A DNA stretch of 64,000 nucleotides from contig JBAYUN010000001.1 in assembly GCA_041675085.1 (NCBI GenBank), positions 87,347 to 151,346 of the forward strand, written 5' to 3'. Position 1 is the stretch's first letter. Each line of letters starts with the position of its first letter. Of the stretch, positions 48,511-57,403 are shown piece after piece. Both the position numbers and the translations under genes were made by a program. Source of the DNA: Minisyncoccota bacterium. GTDB taxonomy: Bacteria; Patescibacteriota; Minisyncoccia; Phycocordibacterales; UBA9973. A model generated the notes under the pieces. The model searched no databases. It was given only the letters and a program-made list of their open reading frames with translations, and had not been told where the DNA came from.

Positions 48511-49209
48511 CTAAGAGGTAAATCTACATTTTGGAAAGGCTGAACACCCTAAGAATTTACCAAACTTACCTTCTTTTTCCAAAAGCTCATTGCCACATTT
48601 AGGACAAACTTGTTTAATATTATTTGCTTTAACAGTATCAACCTTTTTAACATTTTGAGCTATCCTGACATATTCAATCAACTTAAAGCTATCAACAAGT
48701 TCTATTGGTTTATCTTCTGCGAATTTTTCTGCTTCAAGAGTAAATTTATTTGTTGTTATAAAATACCCTTTACCATTCGCAACATGATCTGCTAATGCTC
48801 CATAAAAATCTCTCACAGCTCCAACTGGTACTTGGCTAGTGATGAACTTTTTACATTGTATGTAATTTATTATTCCGTTTTTTTCTGCAGTGACATCAAT
48901 TCCCCCATCATGTGACCTACCGACAGCATTTGTCTTATAGCCAAGTTGAAAGAAAAGATCAGCTATATATTTTTCAAATTCATTTGATTTCATTCCTCTA
49001 AGTTGCTGTAAAAGTTCTCTATCAGAACGCCATTCTTGACCATTTTTTATATTTCTTTTTCTTTTCCATTCAGCAATTTTATCTGGAACAATAACTTCAA
49101 GTAATATCTTTAATAACAATAATAATCCTAATCCAACCCAAATAGGCCATAAAGCAAAAAATCCGTGTAAAAAACTTTTATACAAAACAGAATAATCAAT
49201 AATTTGCAT
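48511..49209 (-). CDS. Membrane-anchored Mrr-type restriction-endonuclease catalytic domain protein with C-terminal topoisomerase-type C4 zinc ribbon
   Basis: GRSHDGGIDVTAEKNG..INYIQCKKF..VPVGAVRDFYGAL..KGYFITTNKFT (Mrr_cat pattern); CPKCGNEL..CSAFPKC zinc ribbon. Confidence 0.6.
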   Translation of the reverse strand: MQIIDYSVLYKSFLHGFFALWPIWVGLGLLLLLKILLEVIVPDKIAEWKRKRNIKNGQEWRSDRELLQQLRGMKSNEFEKYIADLFFQLGYKTNAVGRSHDGGIDVTAEKNGIINYIQCKKFITSQVPVGAVRDFYGALADHVANGKGYFITTNKFTLEAEKFAEDKPIELVDSFKLIEYVRIAQNVKKVDTVKANNIKQVCPKCGNELLEKEGKFGKFLGCSAFPKCRFTS

Positions 49210-49257
49210 AATTATATATTATCATAAAAGTGACAAAAGTGACCCAAAAGCAATACT

Positions 49258-49280
49258 TTAGCAAGGACGGTCCTTGCTAA
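49258..49280. repeat. 23-bp palindrome copy 3, with tandem TAATTAGCAAG duplication at one end
   Basis: Read directly. Confidence 0.7.
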
Positions 49281-49324
49281 TTACTTGCTAATTACAGATT
49301 TTTTAATACAATTTCTACTTATTT

Positions 49325-50221
49325 TTACGATTTCGTATATTCTAAAATAGTCTCATATACGATATCATCAGATATTTCATTAATATGACTCTTTATGATT
49401 TCTTCTTTTTCTTGATAAATATTAGAAAAAATTACATACATTTTCTCGTAAGCATCTTGAATACTTTGATACTTATTCTTTTTATTTAAATTTTTCTCAT
49501 CTTTAATTAGTTCATTTAAATAATTTCTAAAATAATTAATCTGATACATGGACTCTAGAATTATTTTACTTTGCATAGGATCATTCGCTAATTTTTTATT
49601 CCTATCAGCACTCTCACCTCCCCAAGTTTTGAGTAATTTTTCTGCACTAGATTGCCTTGTACCAACTACAACTTTTGGCACCAAAAGCTCTTTGTGCTCA
49701 CCTGTACTAGGATCTTCAAAATATTTCAACTTAGGAATAAGACCATTTTTTAATAACAATTTAATACCATCTAATTTAGAAATAATATTTCTTTTATCAT
49801 TAGCAAAAGCCACATCAACACCAAGACCGAGATATTCCTCAGAATCTTCTTCTCTGTATATAGAAACTATATCTACGCCGTATTTAATATCATCATACCT
49901 AGAAGCAGGGACTACTTCTGTATTTTCACCTAGCCAATTATTAGACTCTATCTGATCAGCTAAAACAGCTTCTAGTAAAGAAGAGAGTTCTGTTTTATAT
50001 TTTTGTTCTTCATTGTTATGGAAATTTTCTTCTATCTTTCGCATCTCTTCTAAGTCAGCAAGAATTTCACTTTCTGGATAGATATCAACAAAGTCCATTT
50101 CTTTTGGACGAAATTGATCAACAATTTTTGCCTTCTTCTCATGCAAATGTTTCATGAGTTTTGGATTCTCTGATAAAGGAATAGGTTTGATAAGATTCAA
50201 ATTTTCAAATTTAAAATTCAT
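49325..50221 (-). CDS. Hypothetical protein, 298 aa, acidic, no recognisable domain
   Basis: Clean ORF; upstream carries the GTCACTTTT x2 motif. Confidence 0.4.
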   Translation of the reverse strand: MNFKFENLNLIKPIPLSENPKLMKHLHEKKAKIVDQFRPKEMDFVDIYPESEILADLEEMRKIEENFHNNEEQKYKTELSSLLEAVLADQIESNNWLGENTEVVPASRYDDIKYGVDIVSIYREEDSEEYLGLGVDVAFANDKRNIISKLDGIKLLLKNGLIPKLKYFEDPSTGEHKELLVPKVVVGTRQSSAEKLLKTWGGESADRNKKLANDPMQSKIILESMYQINYFRNYLNELIKDEKNLNKKNKYQSIQDAYEKMYVIFSNIYQEKEEIIKSHINEISDDIVYETILEYTKS

Positions 50222-50357
50222 TGCTGTGATGATTGAGCTAGAACCCCATGGCTCCGTACCCTGTAATATTATTTTTAATACTTATATTGTATCATTTCTA
50301 CACTACTTGAGCACGTCAAAAAGTGACAAAAGTGACACAAATCAAGAAAAAATAAAA

Positions 50358-50388
50358 AAGCCTAAGTTTTTCTTAGGCTTTTATTTTA
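50358..50388 (-). terminator. Intrinsic terminator after the 413-aa gene (AAGCCTAAG/CTTAGGCTT, flanked by A and T runs; bidirectional)
   Basis: Read directly. Confidence 0.6.
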
Positions 50389-50406
50389 GTAAATTTATTG
50401 TAATAC

Positions 50407-51648
50407 CTATACTAATGGTATTTCAGGGGATACATACCCATCCGCACATTCTATCCAAAAATTTGCAACATCAAAATTTTCAATTTCAGAAGTTTCAATT
50501 TTATCAACACTATTCCAAAAACTTTCTGTTGTTACTGGTCTCAGATACACAGTTTTTTGATTTGGCTCCGTTAAATCTAATTGAATACCAATAACGTTAA
50601 CATGAACACGGCTACGAATTATATTCACTACTTCAGAAGTATACAAAGTTTTATGTACTGCTTTTGCCCAATTAATGAACCTTGTTTTATTTTCTTCGTC
50701 ACTTAATTCAAAGTTTGGCTCACAAGTTTTCCATAGATCTCTTAAACTTTCTGAATTATCAATAATACTTTGCAGTTGTTCTACAATACCAGGAGGTATT
50801 ATAAATTTAATACTTTTTTCAGGAATTGTACCGCTTCCAATCACATTAACTTGTGGAAAAATCTTATGTGAATGCATCATAAAAAAAGATAGACTATTTT
50901 TATGAGGAACAGCATCAATAATCTCTGATGAACTACTCTGGAGCCAAGACATCCCACCGCTTGCAGATGGTCCACTTAATTCCAAGCCACCATTTTTTGT
51001 ATTAACAAAAGCAAAAGATTTTGCACCAGCCAGATTCCGTATTCTATCCAAAGATTCTCCAATATTACAAAATTCTTTACAGGTACTAATTAAATAATCA
51101 ATATCTTCCATTCTTTCTTTCTTAATTAATCCATTTAATTTCTCTCGTATTCCCTCTAATGCTTGAATAAATGCAAGAGAAGGGGTCCCAATATGAGAAA
51201 ACCCAACATTACTACTAAAATTTCTAAATGGTGAAGATTCTGAAGAGAGTTGAGGTAAAGCTACCTTATTTTTTTGTAACCTTGCTTCAACTTCATCTTT
51301 GACCTCTAGCCAATTATTCATAAGTTGTTCAAATTCACGTGCAAGATGAAGTGTGAAAAGATTTGGATTCATTACTCCAGAACTTGCATACATGTATTTT
51401 TTATTTTCATGCTCTACATAATCACCAGCAGCTATACCAATTGCTGGCTTCCGTCCAGGTATAAAATGTACATTTTCACAGAAAATAATTAAATACATTA
51501 ACGATATAACGTCATCAGGAAAGGTTAAAGGTTCCCCAAATTCAGCTACTTCAAATGATGTCTCACTTTTCATTTGTGCAAGGGCATCATTTACTTTTTT
51601 GATAATTGTTAAGTCGCTAAACAATTCATCTAATTTTGGATGTTTCAT
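50407..51648 (-). CDS. Hypothetical protein, 413 aa, no recognisable domain
   Basis: Clean monocistronic ORF with own terminator and a palindromic site near its promoter. Confidence 0.4.
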   Translation of the reverse strand: MKHPKLDELFSDLTIIKKVNDALAQMKSETSFEVAEFGEPLTFPDDVISLMYLIIFCENVHFIPGRKPAIGIAAGDYVEHENKKYMYASSGVMNPNLFTLHLAREFEQLMNNWLEVKDEVEARLQKNKVALPQLSSESSPFRNFSSNVGFSHIGTPSLAFIQALEGIREKLNGLIKKERMEDIDYLISTCKEFCNIGESLDRIRNLAGAKSFAFVNTKNGGLELSGPSASGGMSWLQSSSSEIIDAVPHKNSLSFFMMHSHKIFPQVNVIGSGTIPEKSIKFIIPPGIVEQLQSIIDNSESLRDLWKTCEPNFELSDEENKTRFINWAKAVHKTLYTSEVVNIIRSRVHVNVIGIQLDLTEPNQKTVYLRPVTTESFWNSVDKIETSEIENFDVANFWIECADGYVSPEIPLV

Positions 51649-51854
51649 TTTTATTTATTTAAGTTTTGCAATATTGCTTTTTAGAAACCAAACTGACATC
51701 CAAAAAGCAATACTGAAACTTGATTTCAAAGATCTAATATGCTTTATATATAACATATTTTAAGTTTTTGTCAACAGCAAATCATGATACTATGGGCAAT
51801 ATGTGTTGTTTTGATCGTAGTGATGTATGGGAAATTTTCGTCCAAAATTCTGCC

Positions 51855-52769
51855 TTAACAATTAAGAGCCTTTCTCCATCCAGAATCCAAAGCATCTTCT
51901 TCAGAACAGAACCATTTCTCCCCTTTTGATTCATCAATGATAGTCGCATTATATGATCCACAACCTGGCACATGATATATGTATTCTTTCTTTGAATTGA
52001 TATTACCTTTAATGATGCAAGAGTTATTTTGATTTGTTTCTGTTGAAGTTACTGGAGTAGATTGGGTTTGAGTAGTAGTCGATGCGACAGGAGCGACTAC
52101 AATAGGTGCTACAGTGACTCCATTACATTTATCTCCCCACAATCCAGCTTTAGTGTCCTCTGCTTGTTTTTGAGCGTTCTTGTATTCTGTTTGATATTTG
52201 TATTTAGAATCGTATGTATATTCATATGCATATCCAGTTTGAATCATTTTAAGTCCAAAGTTTGTGCCATCTTCTAGAAAGATATATCTAAGTAATCTAC
52301 TATATTTATCTCTATCTCCTTGAGATGAATCTGATTCTAGCTTTACTGATTTATTAGATAACAATGATTTAGCTTGATTCGATGCTTCAATACCAAAACA
52401 CTCTACAGGTTTTCTAGGATCTACTGTTTCAGGAGTATTAATACCTATCATTCTTATTCTCTCAATGGTCCCATTGATATCTACGTCTATTGTGTCTCCG
52501 TCTACTACTCTGGTTACTTTGTAGTATTGTTGTGTATTTGTAGGTGCTACTGTAACAGTCTCAGGAGCTTTGGGAGTTTCTACAACAGGAGCTATTGGTA
52601 ATACTTCTTTCAAGATTTCATCGATTGATTCTTCTTCTGCTAATTCAGTATTTATAGCTTCCACTTCTCCAATCTTATCTTCTACAGACGGACCACCGCT
52701 TGAGATTATTGAGATGAAGATTATTGGGATTATTATGTAGAGGATGTATTTGTAGTTTTTAATTTCCAT
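51855..52769 (-). CDS. Secreted thermonuclease (SNase/staphylococcal-nuclease fold) with C-terminal Cys-containing domain
   Basis: Signal anchor; TRVVDGDTIDV...RMIGINTPE...ECFGIEASNQAK...DRDKYSRLLRYIF SNase catalytic pattern; C-terminal CIIKGNINSKKEYIYHVPGCGSYN..WFCSEEDALDSGWRKA. Confidence 0.75.
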   Translation of the reverse strand: MEIKNYKYILYIIIPIIFISIISSGGPSVEDKIGEVEAINTELAEEESIDEILKEVLPIAPVVETPKAPETVTVAPTNTQQYYKVTRVVDGDTIDVDINGTIERIRMIGINTPETVDPRKPVECFGIEASNQAKSLLSNKSVKLESDSSQGDRDKYSRLLRYIFLEDGTNFGLKMIQTGYAYEYTYDSKYKYQTEYKNAQKQAEDTKAGLWGDKCNGVTVAPIVVAPVASTTTQTQSTPVTSTETNQNNSCIIKGNINSKKEYIYHVPGCGSYNATIIDESKGEKWFCSEEDALDSGWRKALNC

Positions 52770-52880
52770 TTATCAAATATACTTATTATTTACATAAAAG
52801 TAAAATATGAGTAACACAGAACTCATTTAAATAAAGAAGAAGTGATAAAATTAGTTTTAGAGAGATTGAAATAACTAAAC

Positions 52881-53549
52881 TTATACAAATAATTCAACCA
52901 TACTTGCAAGATATTTCTGTTCAAATACGAAGATTATTTCAGTCCTAGTAGTTATTGTCTCTGCCAAAGGTATTCTCTTTTGCGCAATCCTACGGATCAA
53001 AGAAAATGTAATGTTAGGCATCGGATAATATTTCGGATCAAGAGACAAGCCTATTGAAGCCAGATTTTTTACAACCATGATAGGTTTTTCCTTTAAGCTC
53101 TTTTCAATCTCAATTTTTATCCGATCGCTACAGATGACAGTTATTTCATTAGTGGACAGTGTCATTGTAAAAAAATCATCAGTGCCAGTTTTTACTTTGT
53201 CATATACTTTTGAAAGCTTTACTATCGATTCGCTTGTTTTAGAATAAACGATCTCTGAAAGAGGTGTTTTGGTTGTTATATTTTTTATCTCAACTTCCTG
53301 AATCAAAGGGTTTTTGTTTCCGATATCTTTAGCCAGTCGAGACAGAGCAACCACTATGCCAGGGATACCAACTTCCTTCTTTGTTTTAGATTCAACTTCT
53401 TTTTGTATTTTCCATGCATACTGAGACAGATTCATATAGCCATTTGAAATAGCCGAGAGAGCTTCCTCGTCTGAAAGTAGAACAGAATGCACAATATCAT
53501 GTATTTTTATCATATTTAGAAATCTAGCATATATAACAAAAAGATACAA
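52881..53549 (-). CDS. Hypothetical ACT-domain-like regulatory protein (aspartokinase-regulatory-domain-like); likely starts at the internal Met (MIKIHD, about 53513)
   Basis: GIPGIVVALSRLAKDIGNKN and TEIIFVFEQKYL resemble ACT-domain strands; weak. Confidence 0.3.
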   Translation of the reverse strand: MYLFVIYARFLNMIKIHDIVHSVLLSDEEALSAISNGYMNLSQYAWKIQKEVESKTKKEVGIPGIVVALSRLAKDIGNKNPLIQEVEIKNITTKTPLSEIVYSKTSESIVKLSKVYDKVKTGTDDFFTMTLSTNEITVICSDRIKIEIEKSLKEKPIMVVKNLASIGLSLDPKYYPMPNITFSLIRRIAQKRIPLAETITTRTEIIFVFEQKYLASMVELFV

Positions 53550-53609
53550 ATATGTTTATTTTGATATAAAACTTAACTAACGGTTCATATTTAGTTATGC
53601 TTAAAGAAA

Positions 53610-54152
53610 TTGTTCACAATAAAACATCAAAATATGAGCTTAGACATGTTTATTAGACCTCTTGATCATAATACGGTTAAAGAGATAGCCACAGAGTTCC
53701 CTGCTTTCGAGCAGGTAGATGGTATAAAATTCCATTCTGTAAATGGTATTAACTATGGATGCTTTTCAGCACTTATCAATGATGCACACGCCACATTATG
53801 TTATCTGAAGTATGGTTGGTGTGTAGTTGTTGCACCAGGAGTCGCCTTGCCACCAACAAAACTGACCCCTCCTCGCGAGTACTTGGTTAACTTGGTTGAG
53901 GTAGATTTAGAAACAGACGTTATATCTATTTGGGAATGTAATAGCAATACGGGAATGGCTGGTGAGATCACCCGTTTTGCTTTTGATAAGTGGAATACTT
54001 CTGGTACCAAATCAAGCTGCACTTTTCTAGTTCTTATCCCAAGATTGGAAAATAACCGCAAGAACATTATTGGCGTGGCGATTATGAAAATTGGTCGTGA
54101 AATCAAAATTGAGTTCAAAAGAGACGGCAAGAGTATGCCTGCACTCAATTAA
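53610..54152 (+). CDS. Hypothetical protein, 180 aa (locally higher GC)
   Basis: ORF followed by a clear + strand terminator. Confidence 0.4.
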   Translation: MFTIKHQNMSLDMFIRPLDHNTVKEIATEFPAFEQVDGIKFHSVNGINYGCFSALINDAHATLCYLKYGWCVVVAPGVALPPTKLTPPREYLVNLVEVDLETDVISIWECNSNTGMAGEITRFAFDKWNTSGTKSSCTFLVLIPRLENNRKNIIGVAIMKIGREIKIEFKRDGKSMPALN

Positions 54153-54160
54153 AATTATCA

Positions 54161-54191
54161 TGAGGAAGTTGAAAAACTTCCTCATTTTTAT
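54161..54191 (+). terminator. Intrinsic terminator (ATGAGGAAGTT/AACTTCCTCAT plus TTTTTAT)
   Basis: Read directly. Confidence 0.6.
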
Positions 54192-54213
54192 AAACTAATA
54201 CTATATTAAAACC

Positions 54214-54912
54214 ATGAAGACAGAACTTTTATATATGAAGGATATGCAAGGACTTACTTGCTCTGCGTCTATCCTCGAAAAATTAACTAATGATGACAGA
54301 GACGTAATTATCCTCGACCAGACAATTTTTTACCCACAAGGAGGAGGTCAGCCATACGATACTGGATTTATAAAAAACGAAGATGAATCTTTTGTTTTTG
54401 AAGTAGAAGAAGTCAGATTTATTGAGGGTACAGTTCATCACATTGGAATTCTCAAGGCTGGAAGTATGAACATCGGCACAAAAGTCTATTGTTTCGTAGA
54501 CAAAGAAAGAAGACTTCTAAATACCAGCCTGCATAGTGCAGGACACTTAGTCGATCTAGCACTAAAAGAACTTGATGTTGATTGGGTTCCAGGTAAAGGA
54601 TATCATTTTCCTCAAGGTGCATACATAGAATATGCAGGATCTTTGAATGGACATAATATTGAGAAATTAAAACAGGATATTACTGACAAAGTCGAAGAAA
54701 TTATGGGAAGAAATATACAAACAAAACTTGTCTTTGATGAGTCAAAACTTCAAAACGGAAAACCAATGAGGACTGTGTATTATGGTGACTTTGGAATTCC
54801 ATGTGGAGGAACACATATTGCCAACTTGAGCGATATAGGTCGAATTACTATTCGAAAAATAAAAATGGAAAAAGAAAATATCCGTGTCTCGTACAGTATT
54901 GCAAACATTTAA
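54214..54912 (+). CDS. alaX: AlaX-M-type alanyl-tRNA editing protein (tRNA_SAD domain)
   Basis: HSAGHL (HxxxH) and CGGTH (CxxxH) zinc motifs at AlaX spacing. Confidence 0.7.
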   Translation: MKTELLYMKDMQGLTCSASILEKLTNDDRDVIILDQTIFYPQGGGQPYDTGFIKNEDESFVFEVEEVRFIEGTVHHIGILKAGSMNIGTKVYCFVDKERRLLNTSLHSAGHLVDLALKELDVDWVPGKGYHFPQGAYIEYAGSLNGHNIEKLKQDITDKVEEIMGRNIQTKLVFDESKLQNGKPMRTVYYGDFGIPCGGTHIANLSDIGRITIRKIKMEKENIRVSYSIANI

Positions 54913-55114
54913 TATCTTTATTCATCAGGACTATATAGTATTCAAACTAATTTAGAACTCGCTCAATATACATATTAGACGACATATCATGAGCAAGCTC
55001 ATGTTGGCTGGCATCTTTTAGTAAGAGCCATAGTCGGTCAAGCCCATTAAGGTTATTTTTAACTAATTTATTATTACGAAACGACGTATCTCGAGCAAGC
55101 TGATTAATTCATTT

Positions 55115-55453
55115 TCATTCGTAAACTCGCACAAAAATATATTCATGCTCTTCTTCAGATGTGTTTTCAATTTCATGGAATATACCTTGTGGAAATACAA
55201 ACACATCTCCAATTGAATAAGGATATATACCATCTTCATCTCGCACGGTTCCCTGACCTCTTAAGACAAGCATTACTTCGTTCATTTTTTCGTGTGCATG
55301 CCATGCAAATCTGGCACCTGCTGGTAAAAATCCATAGGTCATACCTTGCACATTTTTTAGTTCATTATCATCCAATAACAATTTCCGTCCACCACTACCA
55401 CCGTGAGCATCCTTTCTTATAAAAGTTTCATGTGATTTTTTTATTATTTTCAT
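55115..55453 (-). CDS. Cupin-domain protein
   Basis: GARFAWHAHEKMNEVMLVLRGQG and VFVFPQGIFHEIEN two-motif cupin signature. Confidence 0.65.
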   Translation of the reverse strand: MKIIKKSHETFIRKDAHGGSGGRKLLLDDNELKNVQGMTYGFLPAGARFAWHAHEKMNEVMLVLRGQGTVRDEDGIYPYSIGDVFVFPQGIFHEIENTSEEEHEYIFVRVYE

Positions 55454-55467
55454 TTTTGATATTTATA

Positions 55468-56127
55468 TTACTTCCAAAACATTCTAATTATTTTTGTTTT
55501 TAAAAAATTAAACCCATTTGCTCCTATGTATCTTAAAAAGTCTTCTGTTGAATGTTTAGATCCATTAATAAATTTTTTAAGTTCAGAGTACGACAATTTG
55601 TAGTTTACTTCATTTTTAGGAGAATTTGATACTCCATATGATATATATATCCATGCACCATGTTCAGGTAAATCTTTTTTTAGTTTTACTACGATTATGA
55701 ACGGCTCTATAAAATTTTGCGGAGCAAGACTTTCACCATCTTTAAGTATAAGATTTAATGCTTCGTTTCTCATATTCCACCCTTTTAATAGAACAGTTTG
55801 AGGTGTTTCTTCTATGCCTAAATCAAATCCAGAAGAAGAAAAGTTTATCCAAAAATCTTTTATAATCTCATCATTTTTATTTTGGAAAATTGGTCCAAAT
55901 TTATACTCAATATGATCACTATTTTCAACTAAGGTAGTGGGATATACTCTCCATGCACAAATTATTTTTTTACTTCTTTTACTTTTTGAAATTTCATTTC
56001 TTATCCATTTCAAAAAACCTACAGCCCAGGCCAAAAGAATCGTTAGTATAAAAATAATAACAGATACAACTCCTTGATTACTATTTAATTTATCAATTAT
56101 ATTATTTAGTGGTGAAATACTTTCCAT
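55468..56127 (-). CDS. Hypothetical membrane-anchored protein, 219 aa
   Basis: One N-terminal TM, then soluble domain. Confidence 0.4.
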   Translation of the reverse strand: MESISPLNNIIDKLNSNQGVVSVIIFILTILLAWAVGFLKWIRNEISKSKRSKKIICAWRVYPTTLVENSDHIEYKFGPIFQNKNDEIIKDFWINFSSSGFDLGIEETPQTVLLKGWNMRNEALNLILKDGESLAPQNFIEPFIIVVKLKKDLPEHGAWIYISYGVSNSPKNEVNYKLSYSELKKFINGSKHSTEDFLRYIGANGFNFLKTKIIRMFWK

Positions 56128-56396
56128 ATATAAATTATATCGCTAAACAATAAAAATTAATAGACTTCAACGCGTCTCGAGCGACGCATGACTTGGCTGA
56201 CTGGCTCAGTCTAGAACCTTAACCTGTGAGACCCCACAAGCATTCTTTGACTACTTTTAGTATACCAAATTGAGGCGTCTCAGTCATGTTTCGTTCAAGC
56301 ACAATACGGCTATATTAGTGTCTTAATTGAACCTATACCAACCTTATTCCACAACAAAATGAGACAAATGAGACAAACTTTCAACCAACCCCATCC

Positions 56397-57110
56397 TTAT
56401 ATTTTAGACAGTCTGGGATCTTTCAACATTTCTGTTTTGAATCTATCATTATCGAGTTCAAGTTTTTTAAAGTTTTCTTTAAAGTCTGGTGCCATGGTAA
56501 GAATTTTATAATCTAAATTAATTCCATAAAAGATATCTATAACTCCTCGGCAAAGATTTGCAACTGCCCAAATATCAGTTTTAATGTGATGATCTTCAAA
56601 ATTATCAAAAAAGTCATGTTTAAACGTTTCTTGATCAAAATTTCTCCAACAATCAACAATATTGGCATGAGTTGATAACGCATTTAGCTGGTCCTTGAAT
56701 CTTTTTAAAGAATCGTTGCCTGGCTTATAATTTTTCTCAATCCATTTATACATCTCACCTTTTAATTTAGGAGTGGGATCAACAAAATTTGCCTTTCCAA
56801 ATTCAGCAAAGCTTTTTTGATCATAATGTGCGATAGCAAAACCTGCCCAACAACCGGCTTCCATGGCAAAACGTAAATCAAGTGTTGCTTGCACGTGATG
56901 CCGACGTAATGCAGACAACAAAGAAAGATTCGTATGTTTTGTTATTTGATTTAAAAACAATGTAAAAATGAAACCCTCTGGAAAATTTACTTTTGCAAAA
57001 GAAGATAATAATCCGATTCCGAATTCTGCATGCTCAACGTATTCAGGAAATTCTTTGCGTGCTTCTTCTAGTGCTTGGTTTTCAATTTGTGCTAAGTCTT
57101 TGATATTCAT
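56397..57110 (-). CDS. Hypothetical protein, 237 aa
   Basis: Clean ORF, no motif. Confidence 0.4.
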   Translation of the reverse strand: MNIKDLAQIENQALEEARKEFPEYVEHAEFGIGLLSSFAKVNFPEGFIFTLFLNQITKHTNLSLLSALRRHHVQATLDLRFAMEAGCWAGFAIAHYDQKSFAEFGKANFVDPTPKLKGEMYKWIEKNYKPGNDSLKRFKDQLNALSTHANIVDCWRNFDQETFKHDFFDNFEDHHIKTDIWAVANLCRGVIDIFYGINLDYKILTMAPDFKENFKKLELDNDRFKTEMLKDPRLSKI

Positions 57111-57127
57111 ATTTTTATTAAAAACTA

Positions 57128-57388
57128 TTAACTTTTGTACTGACTTATTTCCATAGTTCTTTGTAAATCAAACCACTCCGAAGGTGACAACTCTAAAATA
57201 TCTTTACAATTTTTAACTAAGAATTCGGCTATTTCTTCTAATCTTTTAAAATCTTCGAGAGATAAAAGTAATGGATTTAGTTTTTCTTCTCCATATTTAG
57301 AAACATCTCTCATTCTCAACACAGTATTTATTCGTTGCTTCTTTTCTTTATATTCTTCATATAATGCTACACAATTTTGTTTGTCCAT
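57128..57388 (-). CDS. Hypothetical small protein, 86 aa
   Basis: Tight spacing within operon. Confidence 0.35.
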   Translation of the reverse strand: MDKQNCVALYEEYKEKKQRINTVLRMRDVSKYGEEKLNPLLLSLEDFKRLEEIAEFLVKNCKDILELSPSEWFDLQRTMEISQYKS

Positions 57389-57403
57389 ATTTATATAATC
57401 TTG

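Noticed and set aside
43000-50000. Possibility that the co-oriented small genes separated by palindromes form an integron cassette array (palindromes as attC)
   Set aside because: No intI or attI in the window, each gene has its own promoter, and the palindrome is a perfect 23-bp hairpin rather than the imperfect 57-141-bp attC with R'/R'' cores
50222-50280. GGAGCCATGGGGTTCTAGCTCAATC-like segment that superficially resembles tRNA arms
   Set aside because: No acceptor stem/anticodon arm consistent with a cloverleaf; likely just promoter-region sequence
50407-51648. 413-aa protein as CD-NTase, SIR2, TIR, McrB-GTPase or HEPN protein
   Set aside because: Checked for GS..DxD, GAGxS, P-loop GxxxxGK[ST] and Rx4-6H motifs; none present in convincing form
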